The translations under genes and the position numbers were made by a program. Source: Candidatus Iainarchaeum sp. (GTDB lineage: Archaea; Iainarchaeota; Iainarchaeia; Iainarchaeales; JAAZKV01). From it: DNA of 64,000 nucleotides. A model generated the notes under the pieces. That model searched no databases. It was not told the DNA's origin and was given only the letters and a program-made list of their open reading frames with translations. Below are positions 27,726 to 38,012 of this stretch, piece after piece; the stretch's first letter is position 1; every line of letters begins with the position of its first letter. The DNA lies in assembly GCA_012799645.1 (NCBI GenBank), contig JAAZKV010000007.1:3355-67354 (forward strand). The letters run 5' to 3'.

Positions 27726-30170
27726 ATGCCATACTTAACTCACGAATTAATCAAACCTAATTCAATTGAAGCGAGACTTTATCAAGAAATACTATTTGCG
27801 AGAGTGTTAGAAAAAGGAAACACTCTTGTAGTTGCACCCACCGCACTTGGTAAAACAATTATTGCAGTAATGCTTTCAGCACACAAATTAAAAGAAACTA
27901 ATTTGGAAAAAAAAGTTTTGTTCCTCGCACCAACCAAACCACTAGCAGTGCAACACAAAAATAGTTTTAAAAAATTTTTACAAATTGATGAAAACAAAAT
28001 TGTTACAATCACAGGAACAACAAAACCAAAAGAAAGAAAAAAAATTTATGAAGAAGCACTAATAATCAATGCTACTCCTCAAACAATTGAAAATGATTTA
28101 CTTAATGGATTACTTGATCTAAAAAAATTTGCTCTAGTTATTTTTGATGAGGCACACCGAGCAGTTGGAGATTATGCTTATGTTTTTGTAAGCAACCAAT
28201 TTGCAAAAAAAAATCCCGAATGCTTAATACTTGCTCTCACTGCATCACCAGGAAGCGAAAAAGAACACATCCAAGATGTTTGCAAAAATTTGAACATAAA
28301 AAATATTGAAATAAAAGATTCCACTGATAGTGATGTGAAACCATACATTAATGAAATTGATGTTACTTGGGTAAAAGTAGAGCTGCCCCAAACTTTTGTT
28401 GAAATAAAAAACTTGCTTGAAGAATACCAAAAAAAACAAATCAAAGTGCTAAAATCAATAGGATTTGCGGTTACGGAAAACAAAAAATTTTATAACAAAA
28501 TCAGATTATTAGAATTACAAAAAAGAATCCGCGCCCAATTAATGTCACACTCCAACACCCAACCAAGTTTATACATTGCAGCAAGCAAATGTGCAAGTAT
28601 GCTAAAAATTTCTCACGCAGAAGAACTAATAGAAACACAAGGAATTGGAGCACTAAAAAATTATTTTGACAAATTAGAAGAAGAAGCAGCGAAAGGAAAA
28701 AGCAAAGCCGCAAAAAGCATAGCAAATGATGAAGGAATAAAAGAAGCAATTATTTTAACACACAAATTATTTAACCAAAAAGTACAACACCCAAAATATG
28801 AAGAACTAAAAAAAATAATTCTACGCCAACTAAAAGAAAAACCCAAAAGCAAAATAATTGTGTTCAATCATTACAGAGATTCAATAAGTGAAGTAGTGGA
28901 TTTTTTGAGTAGTGAAAAAGAAATTAGGGCAAAAAAATTTATTGGACAAGCAACAAAAGGAAAAGAAAAAGGAATGAGTCAAAAACTCCAACAAGAAGTG
29001 CTCCAAGAATTGCGTGAAAACAAACACAATGTACTAGTTGCTTCAAGTGTTGCAGAAGAAGGACTTGATATTCCAAGCGTAGAACTAGTAGTGTTCTTCG
29101 AACCTGTTCCCAGCGAAATAAGAACAATTCAAAGAAGAGGAAGAACAGGAAGATTCTCACGAGGAAAAACAATAATATTAATGACAAAAGGAACAAGAGA
29201 TGAAGCATTCTATTGGACAGGAAGAAACAAAGAAAAAAAAATGAAAAAAACACTGAAAGAAATGAAAGAAACACAAATGCTACTCACAAGTGAAATAGAT
29301 CAAGAAATAAAAAAACAAACAAAAATAACTCACAACCAAAAATTTGATAAAGAACAAACCCTGTTAAAAACATTTACAGAAAAAACCGAAGAAAACAAAA
29401 ACGAAATAATTATTTTTGCTGACACAAGAGAAGGAGCATCAAGTGTAACAAAAAAACTATTTGATATGCCAAACACCAAAATTATTTCAAAACAACTAGA
29501 AATCGGAGACTACATTTTAAGCAAAGATGTTTGTGTAGAAAGAAAAACAATAGAAGATTTTGTGAACTCAATGATTGATGGAAGATTGTTTACACAATTA
29601 GTTAATTTAAGAGAAAGTTATCCAAAACCACTAATTCTAGTAGAAGGAAATTTTGAAGAAATATTCAATCTAAGAAACATTCACAAAAACTCAATCATAG
29701 GAGCACTCACATCAATTGCTCTGGATTACCAAACCCCAATCATTAACACAAAAAACTCAAACGAAACCGCCGAGTATTTATACGTTATTGCAAAAAGAGA
29801 ACAAATAGGAAAAGACAAAGAAATAGGAATCAGGTTTGGTAGAAAAGGACTCACTACAAGCGAAAAACAAAAATTCATTGTAGAAGGATTCCCACTAGTC
29901 GGACCACAATTAGCAAAAAACTTGTTAGAAAAATTCGGTTCAATAAAAGCAATAATTGATGCTAACGAAAAAGAACTAACCACAGTAGAAGGAGTGGGAA
30001 AAAAGAAAGCAAGAGAAATCCAAAAAATAATACACGCAAAATACAAAAATAACGAAAATGAAAAAGAAAACACGAACAAAACAATAAAAGAAACAATTGA
30101 AAAAAATGAAACAACAAATAATAAACCAATAGATGAAAATGAACCAATAGATGAAGAGGAACAAGAATAA
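27726..30170 (+). CDS. hef: Hef: SF2 helicase fused to an ERCC4/XPF nuclease and (HhH)2, with an acidic low-complexity tail
   Basis: APTALGKT (Walker A), FDEAHRAVG (DEAH), QRRGRTGR (motif VI), ERCC4 core GDYIL...VERKTIEDF, C-terminal HhH (VEGVGKKKAREI). Confidence 0.85.
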   Translation: MPYLTHELIKPNSIEARLYQEILFARVLEKGNTLVVAPTALGKTIIAVMLSAHKLKETNLEKKVLFLAPTKPLAVQHKNSFKKFLQIDENKIVTITGTTKPKERKKIYEEALIINATPQTIENDLLNGLLDLKKFALVIFDEAHRAVGDYAYVFVSNQFAKKNPECLILALTASPGSEKEHIQDVCKNLNIKNIEIKDSTDSDVKPYINEIDVTWVKVELPQTFVEIKNLLEEYQKKQIKVLKSIGFAVTENKKFYNKIRLLELQKRIRAQLMSHSNTQPSLYIAASKCASMLKISHAEELIETQGIGALKNYFDKLEEEAAKGKSKAAKSIANDEGIKEAIILTHKLFNQKVQHPKYEELKKIILRQLKEKPKSKIIVFNHYRDSISEVVDFLSSEKEIRAKKFIGQATKGKEKGMSQKLQQEVLQELRENKHNVLVASSVAEEGLDIPSVELVVFFEPVPSEIRTIQRRGRTGRFSRGKTIILMTKGTRDEAFYWTGRNKEKKMKKTLKEMKETQMLLTSEIDQEIKKQTKITHNQKFDKEQTLLKTFTEKTEENKNEIIIFADTREGASSVTKKLFDMPNTKIISKQLEIGDYILSKDVCVERKTIEDFVNSMIDGRLFTQLVNLRESYPKPLILVEGNFEEIFNLRNIHKNSIIGALTSIALDYQTPIINTKNSNETAEYLYVIAKREQIGKDKEIGIRFGRKGLTTSEKQKFIVEGFPLVGPQLAKNLLEKFGSIKAIIDANEKELTTVEGVGKKKAREIQKIIHAKYKNNENEKENTNKTIKETIEKNETTNNKPIDENEPIDEEEQE

Positions 30171-30467
30171 ATAAAAAATAAAATAAAAGAAATGAAAAAT
30201 AAAAAAATAATGAAAAATAAAAAAACAGAAATAAATAAAAAAAACAAATAAGTAAATAAAAAATAAAGGAAATAAATAAAAAAAGTGAAAAAATGACAAA
30301 AAATAGTAAAAGAAACTCTGAGTGAAAAATGCAGCCCCCTCTAAAAAGCTTTAAAAACCTGCCTTAAATTAATTATCTTATAGATTTGAATAATTATAAT
30401 TAAATAATTATAATTGAACAAATTATAATTGGATAATTAAATTAATTATATTTTATTGGTGAAAAAA

Positions 30468-30875
30468 ATGGTACAATGGCATACAAAATCAAGAAAAAAA
30501 ACTAGCGGTGGAAAAAGAACAACCGTTAGAAGATGTGATAAGAAAAAAGCATGGATGGGTGGACTTCCAGCTAACACTAAAACAAGCGAAACCTCAGAAC
30601 AAGAAATAAAAACAAAACAAGGAAGAGGAAGCAAATTAAAGAAAAGAACAATTCAAACAAAATACGTAAATGTAGTGGACAAAAAAACAGGAAAAGTACA
30701 AAAACTAGAAATCATTGCAGTAAAAGAAAATAATGCTAATAGATTATTTGCTAGATCAAATATAACAACAAAAGGAGCAATAATCAGAGTAAAATCAGGA
30801 AATACAGAAAAACTAGCAAAAGTAACAAACAGACCAGGACAAGACGGAAACGTAAACGCAGAACTAACAGAGTAA
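30468..30875 (+). CDS. rps8e: 30S ribosomal protein S8e
   Basis: MVQWHTKSRKKTSGGKR N-terminus and a C-terminal NRPGQDG-type motif. ggtga lies 5 nt upstream of the ATG. Confidence 0.85.
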   Translation: MVQWHTKSRKKTSGGKRTTVRRCDKKKAWMGGLPANTKTSETSEQEIKTKQGRGSKLKKRTIQTKYVNVVDKKTGKVQKLEIIAVKENNANRLFARSNITTKGAIIRVKSGNTEKLAKVTNRPGQDGNVNAELTE

Positions 30876-30998
30876 ATCAATAAAAAAAAACTCTAACAAA
30901 AAAACACAAAAATAACACAAAAAAAAATCACTAACAAAAAAACACTAAAAAAATGATTAAAACACTTCAAAACCACTAATTTGAACAATTAAAATTAA

Positions 30999-31011
30999 CC
31001 CTTTATAAAGG
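30999..31011 (+). promoter_or_regulatory. Palindromic TATA element ccctttataaagg
   Basis: First of three TATA-like palindromes (also gatttataaatc 31029-31040 and cttatatattcg 31053-31064) upstream of tfb. Confidence 0.4.
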
Positions 31012-31120
31012 CAACTTTTTTGAGTAAGATTTATAAATCTAACCCAAAGGGTCTTATATATTCGACTGGTTCTAGCAGAATTTTTCGGATCGGTTTTTTT
31101 ATTAAAAGAAAGGTGATTTA

Positions 31121-32026
<906 letters not shown>

Positions 32027-32075
32027 AAACAAAACAAAAAGATAAAACACAAAAATAAAAAAAACAATTAAATTG

Positions 32076-32111
32076 TTGTGTGGATTTAATTCCACACAAT
32101 AAACTTTTTTT
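32076..32111 (+). terminator. Hairpin plus T-run downstream of tfb
   Basis: Perfect 9-bp inverted repeat ttgtgtgga (32076-32084) / tccacacaa (32091-32099) with a 6-nt loop, followed by a T-run at about 32105-32111. Confidence 0.45.
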
Positions 32112-32345
32112 AAAAAAATTTAAAAAAAAAACAAAAACCCATACCAAAAAAAACTTTTACCAACAAATTAATCAAAAAATTATAAAAAAAATAAAAAAAT
32201 TAACAAAAAAAATAAAAAATTATAAAAAAATAAAAAAATTAAAAATATTAACAAAAAAAAACAAAAAAAATTATTAAAAAAAATTTTGATACTATAAATA
32301 GGTATTTATATTAAAACAATTATACAATTTAGTGGGAACATTTTG

Positions 32346-33743
32346 ATGGAAAAAGTTTCTGAAAATAAAACTAATTTTAGTATTAAGGATTGTGTAAACC
32401 AAGAGTATGATATAATCATAATTGGTGCGGGGCCTGCGGGAATGTTCGCAGCACTTGAAGCAAGCACTAACACTAAATTGAAAATACTTTTAATTGACAA
32501 AGGAAAACTAATCGGAGAGCGAACAAAACAAGAAGTGATGAATGGGTTTGGAGGAGCGGGGACTTTTTCTGACGGAAAACTACACTTCACTCCTGTGTTG
32601 AGTCACGAAAAAATGTTTCATTTGTACAATGAAAAAGAATACACTAATTTAATTAAAGAAGTTGAAAAAACTTTTTTAGATTTTGGAGTAAAACCGGATT
32701 ATTATCCAAAAAATATTGAAAAAACAAATTTACTAGTGGAACATTCACAAAAAAACAATATCAAACTTTATGTTAGAAAAACAATTCATGTGGGTTCTGA
32801 CATATTACCAAATATAATGAAAAATTTTCAAGACAAACTAGAAAAAAACAATGTTGGCCTTTTAGCAGAAACAGAGGTTAGTGATATTATTGTTGAAAAT
32901 AACGAAGCAAAAGGAATTATTTTAAAAGATGGAGAAAAAATATTTTCTAAAAATATTATTTGTGCTCCTGGAAGATACAATGCTAAGTGGATGCAAGATC
33001 TCGCAAAAAAACATGGACTTAAAGAAATTTATGACAAAATTGAAGTGGGGGTTAGAGTAGAGTTTCCATCAAGTGTTCTAAAAAAACACGCTGATTTAAT
33101 GTACGAAACTGTGTTCAAAATGTACACCCCAACCTATGATGATGTTATTCGAACATTTTGTCCTTGTCCAAATGGACATGTCGCAATAGAACAATACGAG
33201 GATTTTGTTTGTGTAAATGGACACTCAAATTCAAATCACGATTCTGAAAACTCAAATTTTGCTTTTGTAACAGAAATCGCACTAACCGAACCGCTAGAAA
33301 ATACACGGGCTTACGCAAATTTTATTGCACAAGGAGTAACACTCATTGGTGGAGGAAAACCAATAATTCAAAGACTTAAAGATCTAAAAAAAGGAAGAAG
33401 AAGTACTCCTGAAAGAATTATGCACTCCCACATTGAACCAAGTTTAAAAGAAGCAGTGCCTGGAGATATTGGGATGAGTATGCCGTATAGGATTACTAAA
33501 AACATTATTGAAGGAATAGAAATGCTTGATAAGGTACTACCAGGGCTAAATGGGGACTCAACTTTCTTATATGCTCCCGAAGTAAAATTCCGTTCAAACA
33601 AAATACTAACAAACAAAAATCTAGAAACCAATATAAAAAACCTTTATGTTGCAGGAGACGCTGCTGGAATATCAGGGAATATTGTTGGCGCTGGAGTCAC
33701 TGGGATAATTGCAGGAAAAGCAATAAAAGAAAAAAATAAATAA
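32346..33743 (+). CDS. FAD-dependent oxidoreductase (COG2509-like)
   Basis: DIIIIGAGPAGMFAAL dinucleotide-binding motif, GGAGTFSDGKL, C-terminal YVAGDAAG. Confidence 0.7.
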   Translation: MEKVSENKTNFSIKDCVNQEYDIIIIGAGPAGMFAALEASTNTKLKILLIDKGKLIGERTKQEVMNGFGGAGTFSDGKLHFTPVLSHEKMFHLYNEKEYTNLIKEVEKTFLDFGVKPDYYPKNIEKTNLLVEHSQKNNIKLYVRKTIHVGSDILPNIMKNFQDKLEKNNVGLLAETEVSDIIVENNEAKGIILKDGEKIFSKNIICAPGRYNAKWMQDLAKKHGLKEIYDKIEVGVRVEFPSSVLKKHADLMYETVFKMYTPTYDDVIRTFCPCPNGHVAIEQYEDFVCVNGHSNSNHDSENSNFAFVTEIALTEPLENTRAYANFIAQGVTLIGGGKPIIQRLKDLKKGRRSTPERIMHSHIEPSLKEAVPGDIGMSMPYRITKNIIEGIEMLDKVLPGLNGDSTFLYAPEVKFRSNKILTNKNLETNIKNLYVAGDAAGISGNIVGAGVTGIIAGKAIKEKNK

Positions 33744-33781
33744 AAAGCATATTTTTATTCTTTTTGATTACTCGTTATTGT

Positions 33782-34078
33782 ATGGTTTCAGAATTATCAA
33801 GCGCAATTGCTACAGCAAAAAGAAATTGTTACTTGTGTCACGCTCACAGAAGATTTAGAGAAACAGAGCCACAACGAGAACTAGCGAGAACATCAGCAAG
33901 AAATGCTTACGAATTATTAAAAATAGCTTTTGAAGAATTAAGAGCAAAAGATGCTCCAACAAAACAATTAGACATAGTAAGAGAAGCAAAAGCACTCACT
34001 CTTGAAGGATTAGATGTTTGCAAAAATTGTGATAAAGAAAGACCAAGATTGAAAGAAACAATAATTGATCTAAAATAA
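33782..34078 (+). CDS. Hypothetical helical protein with two distant CxxC pairs
   Basis: 98-aa ORF from the ATG at 33782, with CYLC near the N-terminus and CKNC near the C-terminus. Confidence 0.4.
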   Translation: MVSELSSAIATAKRNCYLCHAHRRFRETEPQRELARTSARNAYELLKIAFEELRAKDAPTKQLDIVREAKALTLEGLDVCKNCDKERPRLKETIIDLK

Positions 34079-34359
34079 ACTATTGAACAAAATAAATTAC
34101 AAAACAAATTACAAAACAAACTACAAAACAAACTACAAAACAAACTAAATTAATAAACAAAACAAAAAGCAACAAAAAATTAATCAAAACAAAATTAATA
34201 AAAAGCACAAAAATAAAATTAATAAAAAAATAAAAAAACAATATTAATAAAAAAATGAAACTAATTTTAACCCATCATAGTTTTAACACCACCCTAATTT
34301 TTACCACTTCAATTTTAACCCACCCTAACTCTTTTAATACAACAAAATAAATATTATTT

Positions 34360-35046
34360 ATGCACCAAAAAAGAAGAATAGTGTCAAAGAATGCAAAAAA
34401 AGTTTCACAAACCATACCAAAAATTGTAACAAAAGCAACTAGAACCAGATCACTAGCATACACTCCAAAATTTAAAAAATTTGTAAGACAAAACAACCAA
34501 GTGCTTTCCAAAGTAAAAAAACTCATCACAATAAATTTTGATAAATTAAGAACAGGGCAAAAAATTACAACTGCGAATGAAAATATAGCCCTTGTTAAAT
34601 ATGCTTCAGGAAAACACAAAGGCGCAGCTAATTTAATGACACTAAAAGCAAGAGCTGGAAAAAGATTATTTTTTATTAAAATAACTAAAGGACAGGATAG
34701 AAACTTGGCCAAAAGGTATGCTAATGCCGAAATGATTCTGCAAAAACTTGGAAGAAAAATAAACGGATTTACTGTTAGAATAATAAAACCAGAATTTATT
34801 TATAGCGAAGGAATAACAAACAGATCATTATCAAATCCCGGGAGAACATTTTTTGTTAGTGATTTTGTTGATCAAAGCAAAGTAATCCAACCAATTAACT
34901 ATCATGGAAAAGAAAGAGAAAAAATACACGAAACACTTGAAAAAGTGTGTAATTTTATGAAACAAGAAGGAGTAATCTTAGATAACCCCCAATTCAATTC
35001 TTTTTATGAACAAAAAACAAAAACAATATATTTGTATGATATTTAA
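34360..35046 (+). CDS. Hypothetical protein, basic N-terminus, possible minimal kinase-like fold
   Basis: 228-aa ORF. See findings. No confident family. Confidence 0.45.
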   Translation: MHQKRRIVSKNAKKVSQTIPKIVTKATRTRSLAYTPKFKKFVRQNNQVLSKVKKLITINFDKLRTGQKITTANENIALVKYASGKHKGAANLMTLKARAGKRLFFIKITKGQDRNLAKRYANAEMILQKLGRKINGFTVRIIKPEFIYSEGITNRSLSNPGRTFFVSDFVDQSKVIQPINYHGKEREKIHETLEKVCNFMKQEGVILDNPQFNSFYEQKTKTIYLYDI

Positions 35047-35126
35047 AAATTTTGTACCTTTAATAATTTTATATCTTTAATAATTTTATACCTTTAATAA
35101 GTTATAATATTAAATTTGGTGAAAAT

Positions 35127-35792
35127 ATGATTATAGCAGGAATTGATGAAGCGGGAAGAGGGCCTTGTTTTGGTCCAATGGTTGTTAGTATTGTTGTAAT
35201 TGATACGAAAAATGAGAGTGAGTTAAAAAGTATTGGAGTGAAAGATTCTAAAGAAATTTTGCCAAAAAAAAGAGAATCCTTGCTTTTAAAGGTAAAAGAA
35301 AAAACACTTGAACACCAAACAATAATTCTTGAAGTTAAAGAAATTAATTCGTTAATGGTAAAATATTCTCTTAACGAAATTGAGGCAATGAAAATTGCTG
35401 AGTTAATAAATAATTTAGATGAAGAAGTTGAAAAAGTATTTGTGGATAGTCCTGATTCTATTCCAAAAAAATTTGAAGAAAGGATTAGAAAATACTTAAA
35501 CAAAGATAAACAAAAAATAAAAATTATTTCTGAAAACAAAGCTGATTCAAAATATGTTGTTGTTGGAGCGGCTAGTATTATTGCGAAAGTTACTCGGGAT
35601 AAAGAAATTGAAAAAATTTGTGAAAAATTTGGAGATATTGGTTCGGGATATCCTTCTGATCCTTATACAAAAAAATTCTTAGCAGAGTATGTGGAAAAAA
35701 ATGGAAAACTCCCCCCATTTTCTAGAATTTTTTGGAAAACTTGTGAAGTGGCTCTTGAACAAAAAGGAACAACACAACAAAAACTATTCTAA
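35127..35792 (+). CDS. rnhB: Ribonuclease HII
   Basis: IIAGIDEAGRGPCFGPMVV, DSKEILPKKRE, VDSPD, ADSKYVVVGAASIIAK, GSGYPSD. Confidence 0.9.
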   Translation: MIIAGIDEAGRGPCFGPMVVSIVVIDTKNESELKSIGVKDSKEILPKKRESLLLKVKEKTLEHQTIILEVKEINSLMVKYSLNEIEAMKIAELINNLDEEVEKVFVDSPDSIPKKFEERIRKYLNKDKQKIKIISENKADSKYVVVGAASIIAKVTRDKEIEKICEKFGDIGSGYPSDPYTKKFLAEYVEKNGKLPPFSRIFWKTCEVALEQKGTTQQKLF

Positions 35793-35893
35793 CAAAAAAA
35801 ATTAATTAAAAAAAACTAATTAAAAAAAATAAAAAATTAATTAAAAAAAATAAAAAATATAAAAATAAAACAAACCTATTTTTCATTTTCAAA

Positions 35894-36460
35894 TTATTCC
35901 TCGTCTTCTTTTTCTTCAAGCACTTTATTGATTGCGTGTCCAATTGGGGATTTTGTATCTTTTGCGGTTTGAGCAATGGTTGGTTTTTTGTCTTTGTTAA
36001 ATTCTTTTCCAAAATATTCAATAAATTTTGTTGTAGTGGTTAATACAAAAGTTCTACCTTTTGGTTCTCTTTTAACAAACCCTGCTTCTAATAAAATCTT
36101 TAAATGATCATAAGCTTTGTTATTTCTATACGCTACAACAAGAGATTGGTTTATTGGTTGTTTGTAAGCAATTAAAGCCAAAGTTTTCATAACCCCTCTA
36201 GAGAACATAGAATCTTGAGCAAAATGCTTTACTTTATCTTCATACTCTTCTTTAACCCGCATTTGATAACCTATTGGAGACTCCACTATTTCTAAAGCGG
36301 TTTTTCTTGTTTTATAAAAATAAATTAATTCATCAAGAAGAGCTTTTGTTTGCAATCTTGAATCAATTTCGGCAATCGCTTTAAGTTCTTCCAAAGGTAA
36401 AGGTTTGGGTGACATAAAAAGAGCCGCTTCCAAAATTTTTTCCTTCTCAAGTCTATCCAT
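35894..36460 (-). CDS. scpB: Segregation and condensation protein B (ScpB)
   Basis: ILEAALFMSPKPL, tandem winged-helix pattern, GRTFVLTTTTKFIEYFG. The ATG at 36460 follows agtgat. Confidence 0.8.
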   Translation of the reverse strand: MDRLEKEKILEAALFMSPKPLPLEELKAIAEIDSRLQTKALLDELIYFYKTRKTALEIVESPIGYQMRVKEEYEDKVKHFAQDSMFSRGVMKTLALIAYKQPINQSLVVAYRNNKAYDHLKILLEAGFVKREPKGRTFVLTTTTKFIEYFGKEFNKDKKPTIAQTAKDTKSPIGHAINKVLEEKEDEE

Positions 36461-36730
36461 CAAAATCACTAAATAAAACTTCTTCACTAACTACAACACA
36501 AACTACATCCAATAATATACTTACTACAATACTCACTAACATACTTACTAAAATGCTTACTAACTACACACCACTAATTCAACATTTTTACTTCCAATTA
36601 AATAAAGATTTAATCAAATATAAACCATTCGGTAGGATACGATTAAAAGAATTTTAAAAGAATTTTTAGAAAAAAAATGTGACAAAAGGGTTTTAAATGT
36701 CAAAAAACACTATTGTATTGGTGATAAAAT

Positions 36731-36898
36731 ATGGGATATGAACACATAAACTCTAAAGGAACTAAGTATTATTTACACTCAAGAGGTAGATTGTTTTTCT
36801 TTTCAAAAAACCCAGAGGACAGTATTGATTTACCAAGTGGTTATATTGTTGTTGAAAACCAAAAAACAGGGTTACCAATGATAAAAAAACAAGAATAA
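36731..36898 (+). CDS. Small conserved-looking protein (55 aa), not in the ORF track
   Basis: MGYEHINSKGTKYYLHSRGRLFFFSKNPEDSIDLPSGYIVVENQKTGLPMIKKQE. ggtga lies 6 nt upstream. The GxxYYLHS...FFFSK...P.GY.VVEN..TGLP pattern resembles a widespread small-protein family as I remember it. Confidence 0.45.
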   Translation: MGYEHINSKGTKYYLHSRGRLFFFSKNPEDSIDLPSGYIVVENQKTGLPMIKKQE

Positions 36899-37181
36899 AT
36901 AAAAAATTAAAAATAATTAAAAGTGTATTTATTGTTAGTACAAATTATTAATTAATACAAATCATTAATTAATACAAATTTTAAACTATTACGAATTAGT
37001 AGGTGATTGTATTCCACTAAAAGGACCACTTGCAATTACTGATGCACGAAGAAAAGCACAATTCAACCCTGAAATAACTAGAAAAGCTAGAAAAAGACAA
37101 AAACGATCAGATATTATTAGTAGAAGGGCAATAGAAAAAAGAGGAATTAATTTAAAAATTTTCAAAACAAGTTATCGCGGA

Positions 37182-37877
37182 ATGCAAAAACTAGAAAGTA
37201 TGGCGAAAAGATTGGGTTGGACAAAACAACAACTAAGAATAAAACAAGCAATTTTACTTGATAGAATCGCTGCAAGAAACGCTGACCATATCCTTGAAGG
37301 ACTACGAAGAAATGGAACACTTCCTGATATTGCAAAAGCAGAAGGCATAGAATTTAATTCCAGAACAGAAATAAGATTATGGGAAAAAATGTTTGGGGAC
37401 TTTTATGTTAATTTTTCAAAAAACCCAAAAGTTCCAAATGCTAAAGAAATAATCAAAGCACGGGTGTGGATTGAAAAATACATTACAGTTCCAAAAATAA
37501 TTCATGCAGAAAGGGGAAGAAAGTGGAAAAAAATACACAACATTGTGAATAATTTAATTGAAAAAAATATTAACCCTGAACAAAATTTAATTGCTGAAAC
37601 AAAGAAAATCCTAAACAAAAAAATAACTAATGAAGGGACAAGAAAAAACATTATAACCAAATATCGCGCGCTTGATATAATTATGGCTTCATCAATTTAC
37701 GCGGATGTAATAAAAGCAAAAACAGAACACACTGCTTCAAATGAATATGAAAGAGAAAGAATATGGAATCACGCATATAGTGAAGGAATGAGTATGATAT
37801 ATCCACTAATTGAAAATAATCCTGAACTTGTGGAAAGGATTAGAACTTTTAACTCCATAAAACCAACCAAAAAATAA
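37182..37877 (+). CDS. Hypothetical protein; the reading frame stays open upstream to 36969, with a possible ATT start at 37011
   Basis: 231-aa ORF from the first ATG. aggtga at 37001-37006 sits 4 nt before the in-frame ATT at 37011. Confidence 0.45.
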   Translation: MQKLESMAKRLGWTKQQLRIKQAILLDRIAARNADHILEGLRRNGTLPDIAKAEGIEFNSRTEIRLWEKMFGDFYVNFSKNPKVPNAKEIIKARVWIEKYITVPKIIHAERGRKWKKIHNIVNNLIEKNINPEQNLIAETKKILNKKITNEGTRKNIITKYRALDIIMASSIYADVIKAKTEHTASNEYERERIWNHAYSEGMSMIYPLIENNPELVERIRTFNSIKPTKK

Positions 37878-38012
37878 ACAATAACCACAAATCAATTACA
37901 AATCAATTACAAATCAATCACAAATCAATTATAAATTAAACACAAATTAAAATCAAATTAAATGCTTTTTTAAACTTTTTTCGCCAATAATCTCTCAAAG
38001 TGGTGGTAAAAT

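Noticed and set aside
29726-30299. Overlapping F/L/I-rich ORFs (173 aa, 107 aa, 61 aa) antisense to the hef 3' end and the downstream spacer
   Set aside because: They are translations of A-rich low-complexity DNA read on the T-rich strand, with no start context or motifs.
32080-32277. 65-aa Lys-rich ORF (KKFKKKTKTH...), plus ORFs at 364-627, 4410-4601 and 59864-60091
   Set aside because: They are pure poly-A/T low-complexity intergenic sequence. There is no SD or TATA at the correct distance, and the first overlaps the tfb terminator hairpin.
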